Below are positions 19,901 through 28,718 of a DNA stretch of 36,032 nucleotides, piece by piece. The position numbers and the translations under genes were made by a program. How positions within the stretch are numbered: position 1 is the stretch's first letter; every line of letters begins with the position of its first letter. The DNA comes from Caecitellus pseudoparvulus (lineage: Eukaryota; Protista; Bigyra: Bicosoecida): contig CBFFRQ010000116.1 in NCBI GenBank assembly GCA_965644315.1, positions 1 through 36,032 of the forward strand, in the 5' to 3' direction. Below the pieces are notes generated by a model. The model did not search any database. It was given only the letters and a program-made list of their open reading frames with translations, and had not been told where the DNA came from.

Positions 19901-22797
19901 CCACTGCGCGACGTGAACTGCGGGTGCGGCATGCGCTTGTCCGCATCGAGGACGTGCTCGCAGAGGTAGTCCATCGTTCGAGCCAATGTTGCCGGGGAGC
20001 GCAGTTCAGCTTCGTGCACGCTGGATGCTGCTGCAGAACGCTGGTGTCGCTTGATCATCAGATCTTGGGCCCTGCCTGGCATGCCCTCAACTTGGGTTTC
20101 AAAGGCGGACAGTTCGCAGTCTGCGACTCGGCGATCACGCTCACTCCTGGGACACATGTCGGCACACCTGCCTTTCATGCCTGGCCCCACCATCGGCCAG
20201 CCTTTGTATGGGCCACTGGCCTGGTCAGTGGTGGAAACTGGTCCCACATCCTGCATGGAGCGAGATGCTTGGGCGTGAATGAAGTTCCTTGGCCGATCTT
20301 GACCGGCTGAAACCAAACTCGCAGCAGGTGCGTGGTCAGTGAAGCCTGAGGCGTGACGTTCGGCTCGTCCGGGGCTAGCAGGAGCCCTGCGCGCTTCCGA
20401 CTCATCAAGGCTTGACGCTATGCGCACCTGAAGACCTTGGGGGTGCAGTGGCAAGTCTTCCTCTTCATCTTCCTCCGCCTCACCATCACTCCCTCCACGC
20501 ACCCACTCCTCAGCAGACTTCGTCCACACCCCATGTCCAGACGACCACACCACATGCACCCCCTTCCCTGACACCTTCTTCACCCTCCTCAGCCCCGCAG
20601 CCGCCCCTGCATGGTCGGCGAACCTCACCAATGCCAGGCCCTTGGCCGCACTCCACCACACGTGCTCCACTTGTCCCGCAATTGCAAATGCAGCTGCAAT
20701 GGTATCCGCGGTGGCTTGCTTTGGAACGCCCCGCACAAACAGCTCCACACCCTCTTCAGCAGCCCCTGCATCAAACCCACCCTGCCGGCGTCCGTTAGGC
20801 ACAGATCTGGCCTTATTCGGCACTGATCCGCGCCTGCTCGAGACTGAGACTGCAGCCTGCATCTGCTGCTCAGCGGCGGAAGCCCTAGAAACATACGCAT
20901 CCCCGCTGAACTCTTGCCCAACTTGATCGTCCTCTACATCAGCATCATACGCCCCTGTGGTGATCGTGAAACGGGGCATGTCAGAGTCTGCCCCAGCTGT
21001 ACTCTCACCTCCTTCACTCCATTCCACCACACCAAGGCCACCATCTTCCTCCGCCTCACCATCACTCCCTCCACGCACCCACTCCTCAGCAGACTTCGTC
21101 CACACCCCATGTCCAGACGACCACACCACATGCACCCCCTTCCCTGACACCTTCTTCACCCTCCTCAGCCCCGCAGCCGCCCCTGCATGGTCGGCGAACC
21201 TCACCAATGCCAGGCCCTTGGCCGCACTCCACCACACGTGCTCCACTTGTCCCGCAGTTGCAAAGACAGCTGCAATGGTATCCGCGGTGGCTTGCTTTGG
21301 AACCCCCCGCACAAACAGTTCGTTTCCTTCACGCTCCCGAGTCTGAGAACCTTGACGAGCCCTTCCCGACGTGCCAACGCTGCGAGCAAAACCATGCTCT
21401 TCTTTGCGAGACGCCCCCCCTGAAGGCCTCTCTCGCTTGGCTGACTTCTGCTCTCGAGTCGAGTTTTGTCCACCAAAGTGGGAAACTTGCGCCGGGTGAT
21501 CCTGGGCTTCAGTTGGGTCTGAACCAAGAAACCCATCCGCACTGTACAAACCTGCACTCCCACGGACTAAACCAGCCGCTCCAACTCCAGCGCCCCCACC
21601 TCCGCCCCCGAACAGGTTCAATCCACCACCGCCTCCACCGCTACCTCCACCACCGCCCACCATCAGCCCACTCCCACCACCCCCATCCGCATGCCCCCGG
21701 CCCTTCCCCTTCCCTCCACTCCTCCCACGGCCGCCCCCAGACCCGCCGGGCGATGTGCCCACTCCAACTCCAGCGCCCCCACCCCCGCCCCCGAACAGGT
21801 TCAATCCACCACCGCCTCCTCCACTTCCCCCCCCGCCCACCATCAGCCCACTCCCACCACCCCCATCCGCATGCCCCCGGCCCTTCCCCTTCCCTCCACT
21901 CCTCCCACGGCCGCCCCCAGACCCGCCAGGCGATGTGCCCACTCCAGCGCCTCCGCCCCCAAACAGGTTCAATCCACCACCGCCTCCAACACCGCCTCCA
22001 CCGCTACCTCCACCACCGCCCACCATCAGCCCACTCCCACCACCCCCATCCGCATGCCCCCGGCCCTTCCCCTTCCCTCCACTCCTCCCACGGCCGCCCC
22101 CAGACCCGCCAGGCGATGTGCCCACTCCAGCGCCTCCGCCCCCAAACAGGTTCAATCCACCACCGCCTCCAACACCGCCACCACCGCTGCCACCACCGCC
22201 CACCATCAGCCCACTCCCACCACCCCCATCCGCATGCCCCCGGCCTTTCCCCTTCCCTCCACTCCTCCCACGGCCGCCCCCAGAGACCCCAGGCGATGTG
22301 CCCACTCCAGCGCCCCCACCCCCGCCCCCGAACAGGTTCAATCCACCACCGCCTCCTCCACTACCCCCACCGCCCACCATCAGCCCACTCCCACCACCTC
22401 CATCCGCATGCCCCCGGCCCTTCCCCTTCCCTCCACTCCTCCCACGGCCGCCCCCAGAGACCCCAGGCGATGTCCCCACTCCAGCGCCTCCGCCCCCAAA
22501 CAGGTTCACTGCACCACCTCCACCACCGTTTGGCTGAAGTCCAGAACCGATGCCACCGCTTGTTCCGTGCGCACCACCGAGGCTAGTGGCAGTGCCGCCC
22601 CATGTAGATTGGCTTTGCATGCCAGATCCCATTCCTTGACTGCTAGAAGCCCCCATTCCCATCAACGGCTGGCCTGCGCCAGCGCCAAACACGCCTGCGG
22701 AAGTTGACTGTGAGACAGACTGGGTCTGGGGCTGAGATTGCGAGCCAAACCAGCCTCCAAGACTGCCGAACAGTCCACCAGCGCCAAATGGGTTCAT
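16924..22797 (-). CDS. SAC3: SAC3/GANP family protein (TREX-2 mRNA export scaffold) with an N-terminal FG/Gly-rich region and two RRMs
   Basis: MKGRCADMCPRSER, IKRHQRSAA, LRSPATLARTMDYL, FNFTFDRTRAIRSDFSVQG, HEQIVRFHVL and EAEMRSYFVL are SAC3/GANP hallmarks. ATG at 22797 (MNPFGAGGLFG). First stop is TAG at 16924-16926; the next TGA is at 16864-16866. Confidence 0.88.
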   Translation of the reverse strand: MNPFGAGGLFGSLGGWFGSQSQPQTQSVSQSTSAGVFGAGAGQPLMGMGASSSQGMGSGMQSQSTWGGTATSLGGAHGTSGGIGSGLQPNGGGGGAVNLFGGGGAGVGTSPGVSGGGRGRSGGKGKGRGHADGGGGSGLMVGGGGSGGGGGGLNLFGGGGGGAGVGTSPGVSGGGRGRSGGKGKGRGHADGGGGSGLMVGGGGSGGGGVGGGGGLNLFGGGGAGVGTSPGGSGGGRGRSGGKGKGRGHADGGGGSGLMVGGGGGSGGGGVGGGGGLNLFGGGGAGVGTSPGGSGGGRGRSGGKGKGRGHADGGGGSGLMVGGGGSGGGGGGLNLFGGGGGGAGVGVGTSPGGSGGGRGRSGGKGKGRGHADGGGGSGLMVGGGGGSGGGGGGLNLFGGGGGGAGVGAAGLVRGSAGLYSADGFLGSDPTEAQDHPAQVSHFGGQNSTREQKSAKRERPSGGASRKEEHGFARSVGTSGRARQGSQTREREGNELFVRGVPKQATADTIAAVFATAGQVEHVWWSAAKGLALVRFADHAGAAAGLRRVKKVSGKGVHVVWSSGHGVWTKSAEEWVRGGSDGEAEEDGGLGVVEWSEGGESTAGADSDMPRFTITTGAYDADVEDDQVGQEFSGDAYVSRASAAEQQMQAAVSVSSRRGSVPNKARSVPNGRRQGGFDAGAAEEGVELFVRGVPKQATADTIAAAFAIAGQVEHVWWSAAKGLALVRFADHAGAAAGLRRVKKVSGKGVHVVWSSGHGVWTKSAEEWVRGGSDGEAEEDEEEDLPLHPQGLQVRIASSLDESEARRAPASPGRAERHASGFTDHAPAASLVSAGQDRPRNFIHAQASRSMQDVGPVSTTDQASGPYKGWPMVGPGMKGRCADMCPRSERDRRVADCELSAFETQVEGMPGRAQDLMIKRHQRSAAASSVHEAELRSPATLARTMDYLCEHVLDADKRMPHPQFTSRSGMPGSPSLLDIFNFTFDRTRAIRSDFSVQGYGVGRNDALAMQVHEQIVRFHVLSIYELCEEPDFQGGLNDAELNNALKTLMTLYSDARKRHETSLLSHDTDSGVPVDQEVLASPAEAEMRSYFVLMMMPKKDEHSSIINSISTLPAHILADKHMQIALRALSFFVCELPAQYFRVCQEAPYLQACLMHRGIPNMQLVAAKLYDESAKHGRPLSEAAAQKMFGVDSQSALDTVISTLGGSVSRSDRGTKLSFRSTPLLPASAKPTFTPSLVRSPHSGPSQQGARASRAAIVCARRWALEARAPVYGPRTSLSWKRVAALRGVPADRQGPSTPVLEASTHSTSALRNIAALDALAKGADATILPDTGTSEGGVSGMAAPRSAESAGKGQTPMQPDDLSPLPSQPAAEEAKAVEGVGLPPALDWLSPLPSDKSRKVPGKPPQALSPAALFAPSSSPLQLPTGLGLVKNQSVPVLLPGAPKNLELGTSEAPKGPLETSHIDAIALLGATKSSSSPRHAPETSLAWASKPPATHTSAPLSAHDAASSLQLAVSESLVAPSIRASAPLASVPNTELSVTAASSAGQSHEPRHAPPLGAVKSVADSPSASSPLAGATSESSDTGDSEDDESLVSEPGLSAFSLADTPNAAAEVSAHAFHVVPTDEVAFKAAKSMICRLGRPSFSLQPSMPGSAAPSAAFAEVCSWLLREVPQGECSEQAVPIANFDDLGHARALLQTSNKVILLLTSPALIPTLPGGVLPVVVSWQPSKPWQLCVDAEAALWGLLPPDRLEPGHATGSPDHPLVQSLLSPVLDDLAALSSQRVVVDTAAFFRWFQTASNQVCEAVNPKGSRFDWTPARASLGGSTCTPACLALALGHVAKQLSQEPFVRPLPRTWCMTEPIEPLLRAEAEQLSLAKSGRKEHVDIVLEQSALPPKSPAATKRPRSSGTPISIRHRRKVFRTTKSPEHDSLSQLAEELQAQAALETASELSLATSIAQGL
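20466..21318. repeat. Near-identical 277-bp internal duplication (20466-20742 and 21042-21318) encoding two RRM domains
   Basis: ELFVRGVPKQATADTIAA...GLALVRFADHAGAAAGLRRVKKVSGKGVHVVWS occurs twice, offset 576 nt, with only a few substitutions. Confidence 0.9.
21580..22530. repeat. Coding minisatellite, about five ~180-bp units, encoding NLFG + GRGRSGGKGKGRG Gly-rich repeats
   Basis: The unit GGGLNLFGGGGAGVGTSPGGSGGGRGRSGGKGKGRGHADGGGGSGLMV repeats with variable poly-Gly lengths. Confidence 0.92.
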
Positions 22798-23281
22798 CGT
22801 TAGTGCCCCACTTTCCACTGAGTTTCTGCCTTAGCTTCCTTCTTATTCAAGATGCCAAGCTGTTGCTGCGGCAAACTCCTGGCGCTCCCCCACACCACCG
22901 CCAGCTGCCGCAAATCCCAGATGAAGGCTCGCTGAAGTCCAAGCACTCAAAAATCGTAGAGGGCAATTTCGTTCACCTGATTGCATTGTGTTCGGGTCGC
23001 GGAACTCCCAGTGCTTACCACTCTACCCCCCCATCCTTGCGTCCGATACGACTTCCACCTTCTGGTCCACCGCATTGGGCGGCACACCTGGACTTGCCTG
23101 CACCAGCCATCCTCAGCATGCAAGTGCAGGCACTGCCCAAGGGACACGCCATCACTTGCCACCTTCCAAAGGGTTCAGCTGCGAGCCATGGAGTGGTGCA
23201 TTATCGGCGCACACGAGCGCGTCACACCTCGACTCCACCAACTAGGACCAAAGTCCGAAGCTTTACCATGAGCTACAAAGA

Positions 23282-24922
23282 TCAAGGGCCAACCATGGCG
23301 GCCTCCTCTGCTTCAAAGACACACAAATAAGCCTGCAACGCGGCGACATGCTCTTCGGGGACTTGTTTGACTTTGCTATCGTTGAAGTGCAGCCAAGCCG
23401 CTCCACTGAGGCTTTTGCAGTACGCTGTGTAATGGCCACCTCCCATTTGCCGACCATGATGCACAATCACTCCTGTACACGTATAGCTTGCAGCCTTCCC
23501 GGTGTCTTGTGAGGGGCCCAGCAACAGCGGCTTTGATACGGCATCAACGGGCTCAAGTAGCTTGCGGCCGCTCCCTCTCCAGGATGTTCGGGGAATGTGA
23601 ATCACAAGCACTGTTGGAAGCGTGGAAAGGCTCAGCGTCCGAGTCGCAGGCTCACGCTTGCCGCACCCTGGACAGTCAAGACCGTGCGGGAACTGCTCTT
23701 GGGTATCAAACCTGTGTGCAACTAGCTCTTGCAGGTGCAAGCGGTGCTTGCGCCTTCGATGGGAAGGCGGCAACGGAGGCAGGTCAAGGGAGAGCGGCCC
23801 TGCGCTGGCGCAAGTGGACGAGCGACGATGACCACAGGCGTGGCATTCTATGTGGCTCGTCTCAGCATATGCACAAGCAGTGGCCATGCTTGTTGGAACT
23901 CCAGGGAGTCGCTCGTCCTGCAGCCGGGACAGGGCTGCAACGAAGAACTCGTGGGCATCTTGCTGTTGAAACCCGACAAACTGTGGGAATAATCGCCACT
24001 GGGCAGCCAAGAAATCGTCCGGCGAGAAGGCTGCCAGCTTTCGCACTGCAAGGGTCTGCAAGGCCAAATCGCGCAGCTCCTCGCTGAGGATGGCCTGAGC
24101 AGGCGGTGCTGCTCCAAGCAGGGGCCTGTGCTTGCTGGGCGGCCTGAGAGCACTCCGCTCAAGTCCGCCTGGATGGATCCCGAGTGCACTCAGGAAGGTC
24201 GGGGAATGTAGGAGGCACTGCAGGACAGAATTCATGTAGCACGTGTTGCCTAAATTGTCCAAGCCTGTGTAGCCTGCCCGTGGGTCCCACGCTGGCTCTG
24301 TGTGAGCCTGCCTGTGCCCTTTCCAAGCTGAGAAGGCTTTGGCGAGAGAAAGGTTGCGCATTCTGAAGAGTGCGGCGTGCTTGAGGCTTTCAACTCGACG
24401 AGCGCGGCGAGCTGCAAGGGAGAAACTCGGCAGAGTTAAGAAATGCACCAGGGCACGGATCCTGCCCCAGCGACGGCGGGCGCCAACGGCCGGCGCTGAG
24501 ACCCTCTGCAGCTTCGCCAGAGTTGCCCGCATCCTGTGCAGCACGCTGCCTTCCACGATCTCCCGGGACACGTCCACCTGCCGGCGAGAATGCACGAGGA
24601 TCACTGGGTGGGCTGGCTCGTTCAGGGCCAAGATGAGGGGGCATGCAGAGCTGCGGGCCTGGCGTGCGGCAAGGTCCTTCTGCAAGATTGCACCAGTGGC
24701 CAGGACCAGGTACAGGTCCTCCGTGGTACCTCGCTCATCACAAACCCAGGAAGGCGGTGCGTTTATGCGATCAAAGCATGCATCCACAGACATTTCGGTC
24801 AACTCGCTGTCTGTCACCCATGCCTTGCGTGGCGCTTTCGGAGCACTGCTGCCTTGTGCCGCATGCAACTTCCGCACGCGCTTCACTCCACCGATTCGCC
24901 GCCCGCTGCGAGTTGTCGGCAT
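23282..24922 (-). CDS. Ubiquitin-specific protease (peptidase C19), USP3/44/49-like architecture
   Basis: Cys box GLDNLGNTCYMNSVLQCL, QQQDAHEF, CHAC and CPGC zinc ribbon, His box GVIVHHGRQMGGGHYTAYCK and WLHFNDSKV. ATG at 24922, TGA stop. Confidence 0.92.
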   Translation of the reverse strand: MPTTRSGRRIGGVKRVRKLHAAQGSSAPKAPRKAWVTDSELTEMSVDACFDRINAPPSWVCDERGTTEDLYLVLATGAILQKDLAARQARSSACPLILALNEPAHPVILVHSRRQVDVSREIVEGSVLHRMRATLAKLQRVSAPAVGARRRWGRIRALVHFLTLPSFSLAARRARRVESLKHAALFRMRNLSLAKAFSAWKGHRQAHTEPAWDPRAGYTGLDNLGNTCYMNSVLQCLLHSPTFLSALGIHPGGLERSALRPPSKHRPLLGAAPPAQAILSEELRDLALQTLAVRKLAAFSPDDFLAAQWRLFPQFVGFQQQDAHEFFVAALSRLQDERLPGVPTSMATACAYAETSHIECHACGHRRSSTCASAGPLSLDLPPLPPSHRRRKHRLHLQELVAHRFDTQEQFPHGLDCPGCGKREPATRTLSLSTLPTVLVIHIPRTSWRGSGRKLLEPVDAVSKPLLLGPSQDTGKAASYTCTGVIVHHGRQMGGGHYTAYCKSLSGAAWLHFNDSKVKQVPEEHVAALQAYLCVFEAEEAAMVGP

Positions 24923-25753
24923 CTTCGTGAAGCGCACTCCACAGTAATCGTAGGGCTCTAGCTAAAGGTTTCCTTGTGTGCCTGCTTGCGGCACCACAGC
25001 AAATCGACTGCGGCGCATCGGCGATGGCCTGTCCCTGTCAGGTACCTGAACCAAGATCAGGCCACAGGTGGGGACTTCAGCACAAGAACTTGCATCCAAT
25101 AACAACAAGCAATGCTCCTGCATGCATCGATCGCTCCCCTTCTTTTGGTTCGGAAACCCTATTTGTCCGGCTGGCGCGTGCCCGAGGTAATCCGGACCAC
25201 TCACGGACTGTTTCCAACCGCAGCCAGTGCCACACAAAATGGTGTGCCAAGAGAAGTGGCGCGGTTTTCAAACAGGAGGCTGCAGTAAGTCTCTCATTGA
25301 CATGCTTAGGGCGCTCCTCTTCCTGCCTGTGCTGACCGTGCCTTGAAGGGCAGCGTACTCCATTCATCGCAATTTCTCAACTCGCCCCGACGCTGCAGCA
25401 TTGCAGACGCTGGGCTGGCAGGTGCAAGGGATGCAGATGTCCTCTGCACCCTATCATTCAGACCCCCCCAGTCCAGCCGTCGATTCTGTAGGTTGCTTCA
25501 TGACCACTTTCTGCCCGCTCCCGTTGGCGCACGATGCAGCAAGCACTGAGAGCGCCCCCAAGCACTTTCTCTCACAAAACACAATAACCACGACAAGAAC
25601 ACCCTTCTCCAGAGGTCCTCTGAGATCTCAAGTGTCTCCCTTATTCTGAAGCTTGCACTTGCAGGGTCAGTGGGCCGTGCCGCAGCACCAGCGTACGAAG
25701 TCAGGCACTTCCGCCGCCAGGGCTGGCGCCAAGACTGTGGACGCAGAGGCACG

Positions 25754-28671
25754 ATGGCATACATGCGAGGACTGACGAATTTCATTGGGGAAGTGCGAAA
25801 GTGTGCGTAGGGCTGGAAAGACAGGCAGGGCGCATCGAAACGCCGTGCTGAAACGTGCAGTGCCAGCACACACCACCACGCCTGCCACGCCCAGGCGCCA
25901 ATCGCGAAGAGGAGCAGGGCCGGGTAGACAAGGAGCTGGCAAACATCCGAAAGCACTTTGCAGGCTCTCGAGAAACTGCGTACGACCGGAAGAAGTACAC
26001 ATGGAAGCTGATCTACATCTTCATGCTGGGGTACGAGGTGGACTTTGGCATGGAGCAGGTCAAGAAGCTGCTGGGCGGCGCCACGTTTGCTGAGAAGGTG
26101 GCGGGGTACATGGCGGTTTCCGTGCTGGTGGGGCAGCAGGACGAGTCCATGGGGGCTGTCTGCGCGGCCATCCGGGAGGACTTGCGCAGCCCGCTGGACA
26201 GCGTGCAGTGCATGGCGTTGAGCGCCATTGCCAACAAGGGCGGCAAGCGCATGGGCGCAGCCTTGGCCCCTGACGTACGTGAGAAAACCTTCTCCGTGGC
26301 AGCCTTTCCCCCAGTTCGGCGGCGTGCTGCGCTCGCCCTTCTGCGGGTCTTCCGCGTGGACCCAGACTACCTGCCACTGCCAGAGTACTCGCCGCAAGTG
26401 CTGAAGCTCCTGGATGACCGGGACGTCTCTGTCAAGATGGCTGGGCTGTTGCTTCTGACGGGCGTTGCACCCAAGGCGCTGGACTCCTTTGCCTCGGCTG
26501 TGCCTACCGTCGTGCGCCTCCTGCAGGCTGCGCAGGCTGGCATTCTCCGTGAAGACTTCAAGTACCACCACACCAACGCGCCCTGGTTCCAAGTTCAGTG
26601 CCTGCGGTTTCTGCAGTTGTTCCCGCGCCCGTCAGAGGCGGGCGTGGACAGCATCCTGTGCGAGACCCTGGAGAAGATCCTGAACGGCACGAAGATCACT
26701 CGCTCGGTGAACCGCAACAACGCCGACCACGCTGTGCTGTTCGAGGCTGTCAACCTCATCATCAAGTACGGCGAGGAGTCTGAGACGAGCATGCGCAACT
26801 TGGCCATGCAGCACTTGACCAGGTTCATCAACATTAAGGAGCCCAACATCCGGTACCTGGGCCTGGTGTGCATGACCAAGCTGTCCAAGCTTCCCGGCAC
26901 CCTGCCAATCATCAAGCGGGAGCAGGAGCGCGTGCTGCTGTCGCTGAAAGACGCCGACCTCTCCATTCGGCGCCGAGCTCTGGACCTGCTCTTTGCCATG
27001 TGTGACCGCAGCAACGCCATTTCCATCGTGAAGGAACTGCTGTCGTACCTGTCGGTCGCCGAGTTCGCCATCAAGGAGGAGATGGTTCTGCGCCTTGCTA
27101 TTCTGTCGGAGCGCTTCGCGCCGAACCTCAAGTGGTACGTGGACACCATCATGGAGCTGGTGTCCACTGCAGGGGACTTTGTCTCAGACGATATCTGGCA
27201 CCGCGTGGTGTACATCGTGACCAACCACACAGAGCTGCAAGCTTACGCGGCTCACAAGCTGTTCCAGGTCGTGGAGGCCCCTGTCGCGCACGAGACTGCT
27301 GTCAAGTTGGGCGGCTACATCCTTGGCGAGTTCGGGTTCTTGCTTGCCAACGCCGAGACATGCGGTGACATTGCCAGCCCCGTCACCGGCGGGCAGCAGT
27401 TCGCAGCACTGCAGCAGCACCTGGAGTCTGTGAGCACGCCCTGTAAGGCTCTGCTGCTGACGACCTTCTTGAAGCTGCAGAACTTCTACCCCCCCTTGAA
27501 GCCCTCCATTCTGCCACTGTTCGAGAAGTACTCGGCAGTCATGGATGCCGAGCTGCAGCAACGAGCAGTGGAGTATTTCCACCTGCCCCTTGTGGAAGAT
27601 GGCGTCACAGCTGCTGTGCTGGGGGCCATGCCGGCATTTCCCGAGAAGAAGTCTCAGCTTGAGCGGCGCCTGGCGGAAAGCAAGCGGGCTCGGGCAGACA
27701 CGGACCACTGGGCCGGCTCCGAGGGTGGCGGGGACGCTGCTGCGGCTGCTGAACACGGTGCGGGGGCCGGAACTGGCGCCGGATCTGTAGCAGAGGCAGA
27801 CGTTGGGGAGGAGGAAGAGGAGGCCGAAGTCAGTGACAGTGGCGATGATGACTTGCTCGGCATGTCTGCTAGCCCCGCCCCTGCAGCAGCGCACAGCGAC
27901 GCTGCCCTGCCGACAGAAGCCACCCAGCGCATTGGGCTGGACAAGACAGCCCCTCTGGCTGCTTGGCTGGCAGCATTTGCCACCAAGCGCTCTGGGCCTC
28001 TGTACCGTGATGCAACTGTGGACATAGAAGCCGATGTGGGCGTGCGAGGGGAAGAAGGCACCATCACCCTCACCATCACCAACAAGACAGCTGCCCCGCT
28101 GAACCTGCTCAAGGTCCGCGTGCCACCAGTGCCATACATGTCTGCTGAGGTGCAGGACGTGTCCAAAGTTGTGTACCCAGGCAAACCCGCCCAGGTGTCA
28201 GTGCAGGTGGAGAGCTTGCGCCCGTTTGGCGCTCCGGCTGATTTGCAAGTGTCGTTCCTGTCCGCCCCGTCCAATGGCCACGCGTACCCTCTGCGACTGC
28301 CCCTGTTTCCCAACCACTTCATCGTGCCGGTGCCCGTGTCGAAAGAAGCATATGCGCAGCGGTGGCGAACTTTGAAGCCAGAGGCGGGCATAGTGGAGTG
28401 TGCCGCACCGGCTGTCCAGGATGCTGGGGACTTGCTCGCCGCTCTCGGCTTTGCTGAGACCCTCCGCGATGCCGCTGCCGTGTATGGCGCTGCAAGCTAC
28501 AAGACAACCACTGTCTCCCAGGCGACTGGAGCCAAGGTTGCTGTTGGGTGCTTGGTGAAGGTCGCAGTCACAGAGGGCGGATACGCTGCGGAGGTCAGGA
28601 CGCAGCACCCGGACGTGTCGAAGGCACTCTTTGGCGTTTTGCGAGTGCAGCTGCGTCACACACAATCCTGA
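25754..28671 (+). CDS. AP2A: AP-2 complex subunit alpha (alpha-adaptin). Exons 25754-25802 and 25895-28671.
   Basis: Exon 1 MAYMRGLTNFIGEVRK splices through a 92-nt GT-AG intron (25803-25894) to CANREEEQGRVDKELANIRKHF...YDRKKYTWKLIYIFMLGY. Also EPNIRYLGL, DLSIRRRALDLLFAMCD, ELQQRAVEY, and a hinge followed by the ear domain. TGA stop. Confidence 0.96.
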
Positions 28672-28718
28672 ATGCATGCACAGTGAGTGGGCAAGCCGAG
28701 AACATGCAAGAAGTACAT

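Noticed and set aside
21580-22530. Regular repeats resembling a CRISPR array, and plus-strand Pro-rich or His-rich ORFs (formin/extensin-like)
   Set aside because: There are no unique spacers and no cas genes. The repeats are the Gly-rich coding region of SAC3 on the minus strand, and the plus-strand ORFs are antisense shadows.
25855-25894. AP2A start MQCQHTPP from the ORF track
   Set aside because: It lies inside the 25803-25894 intron. The conserved MRGL..FI N-terminus is encoded by exon 1 at 25754.
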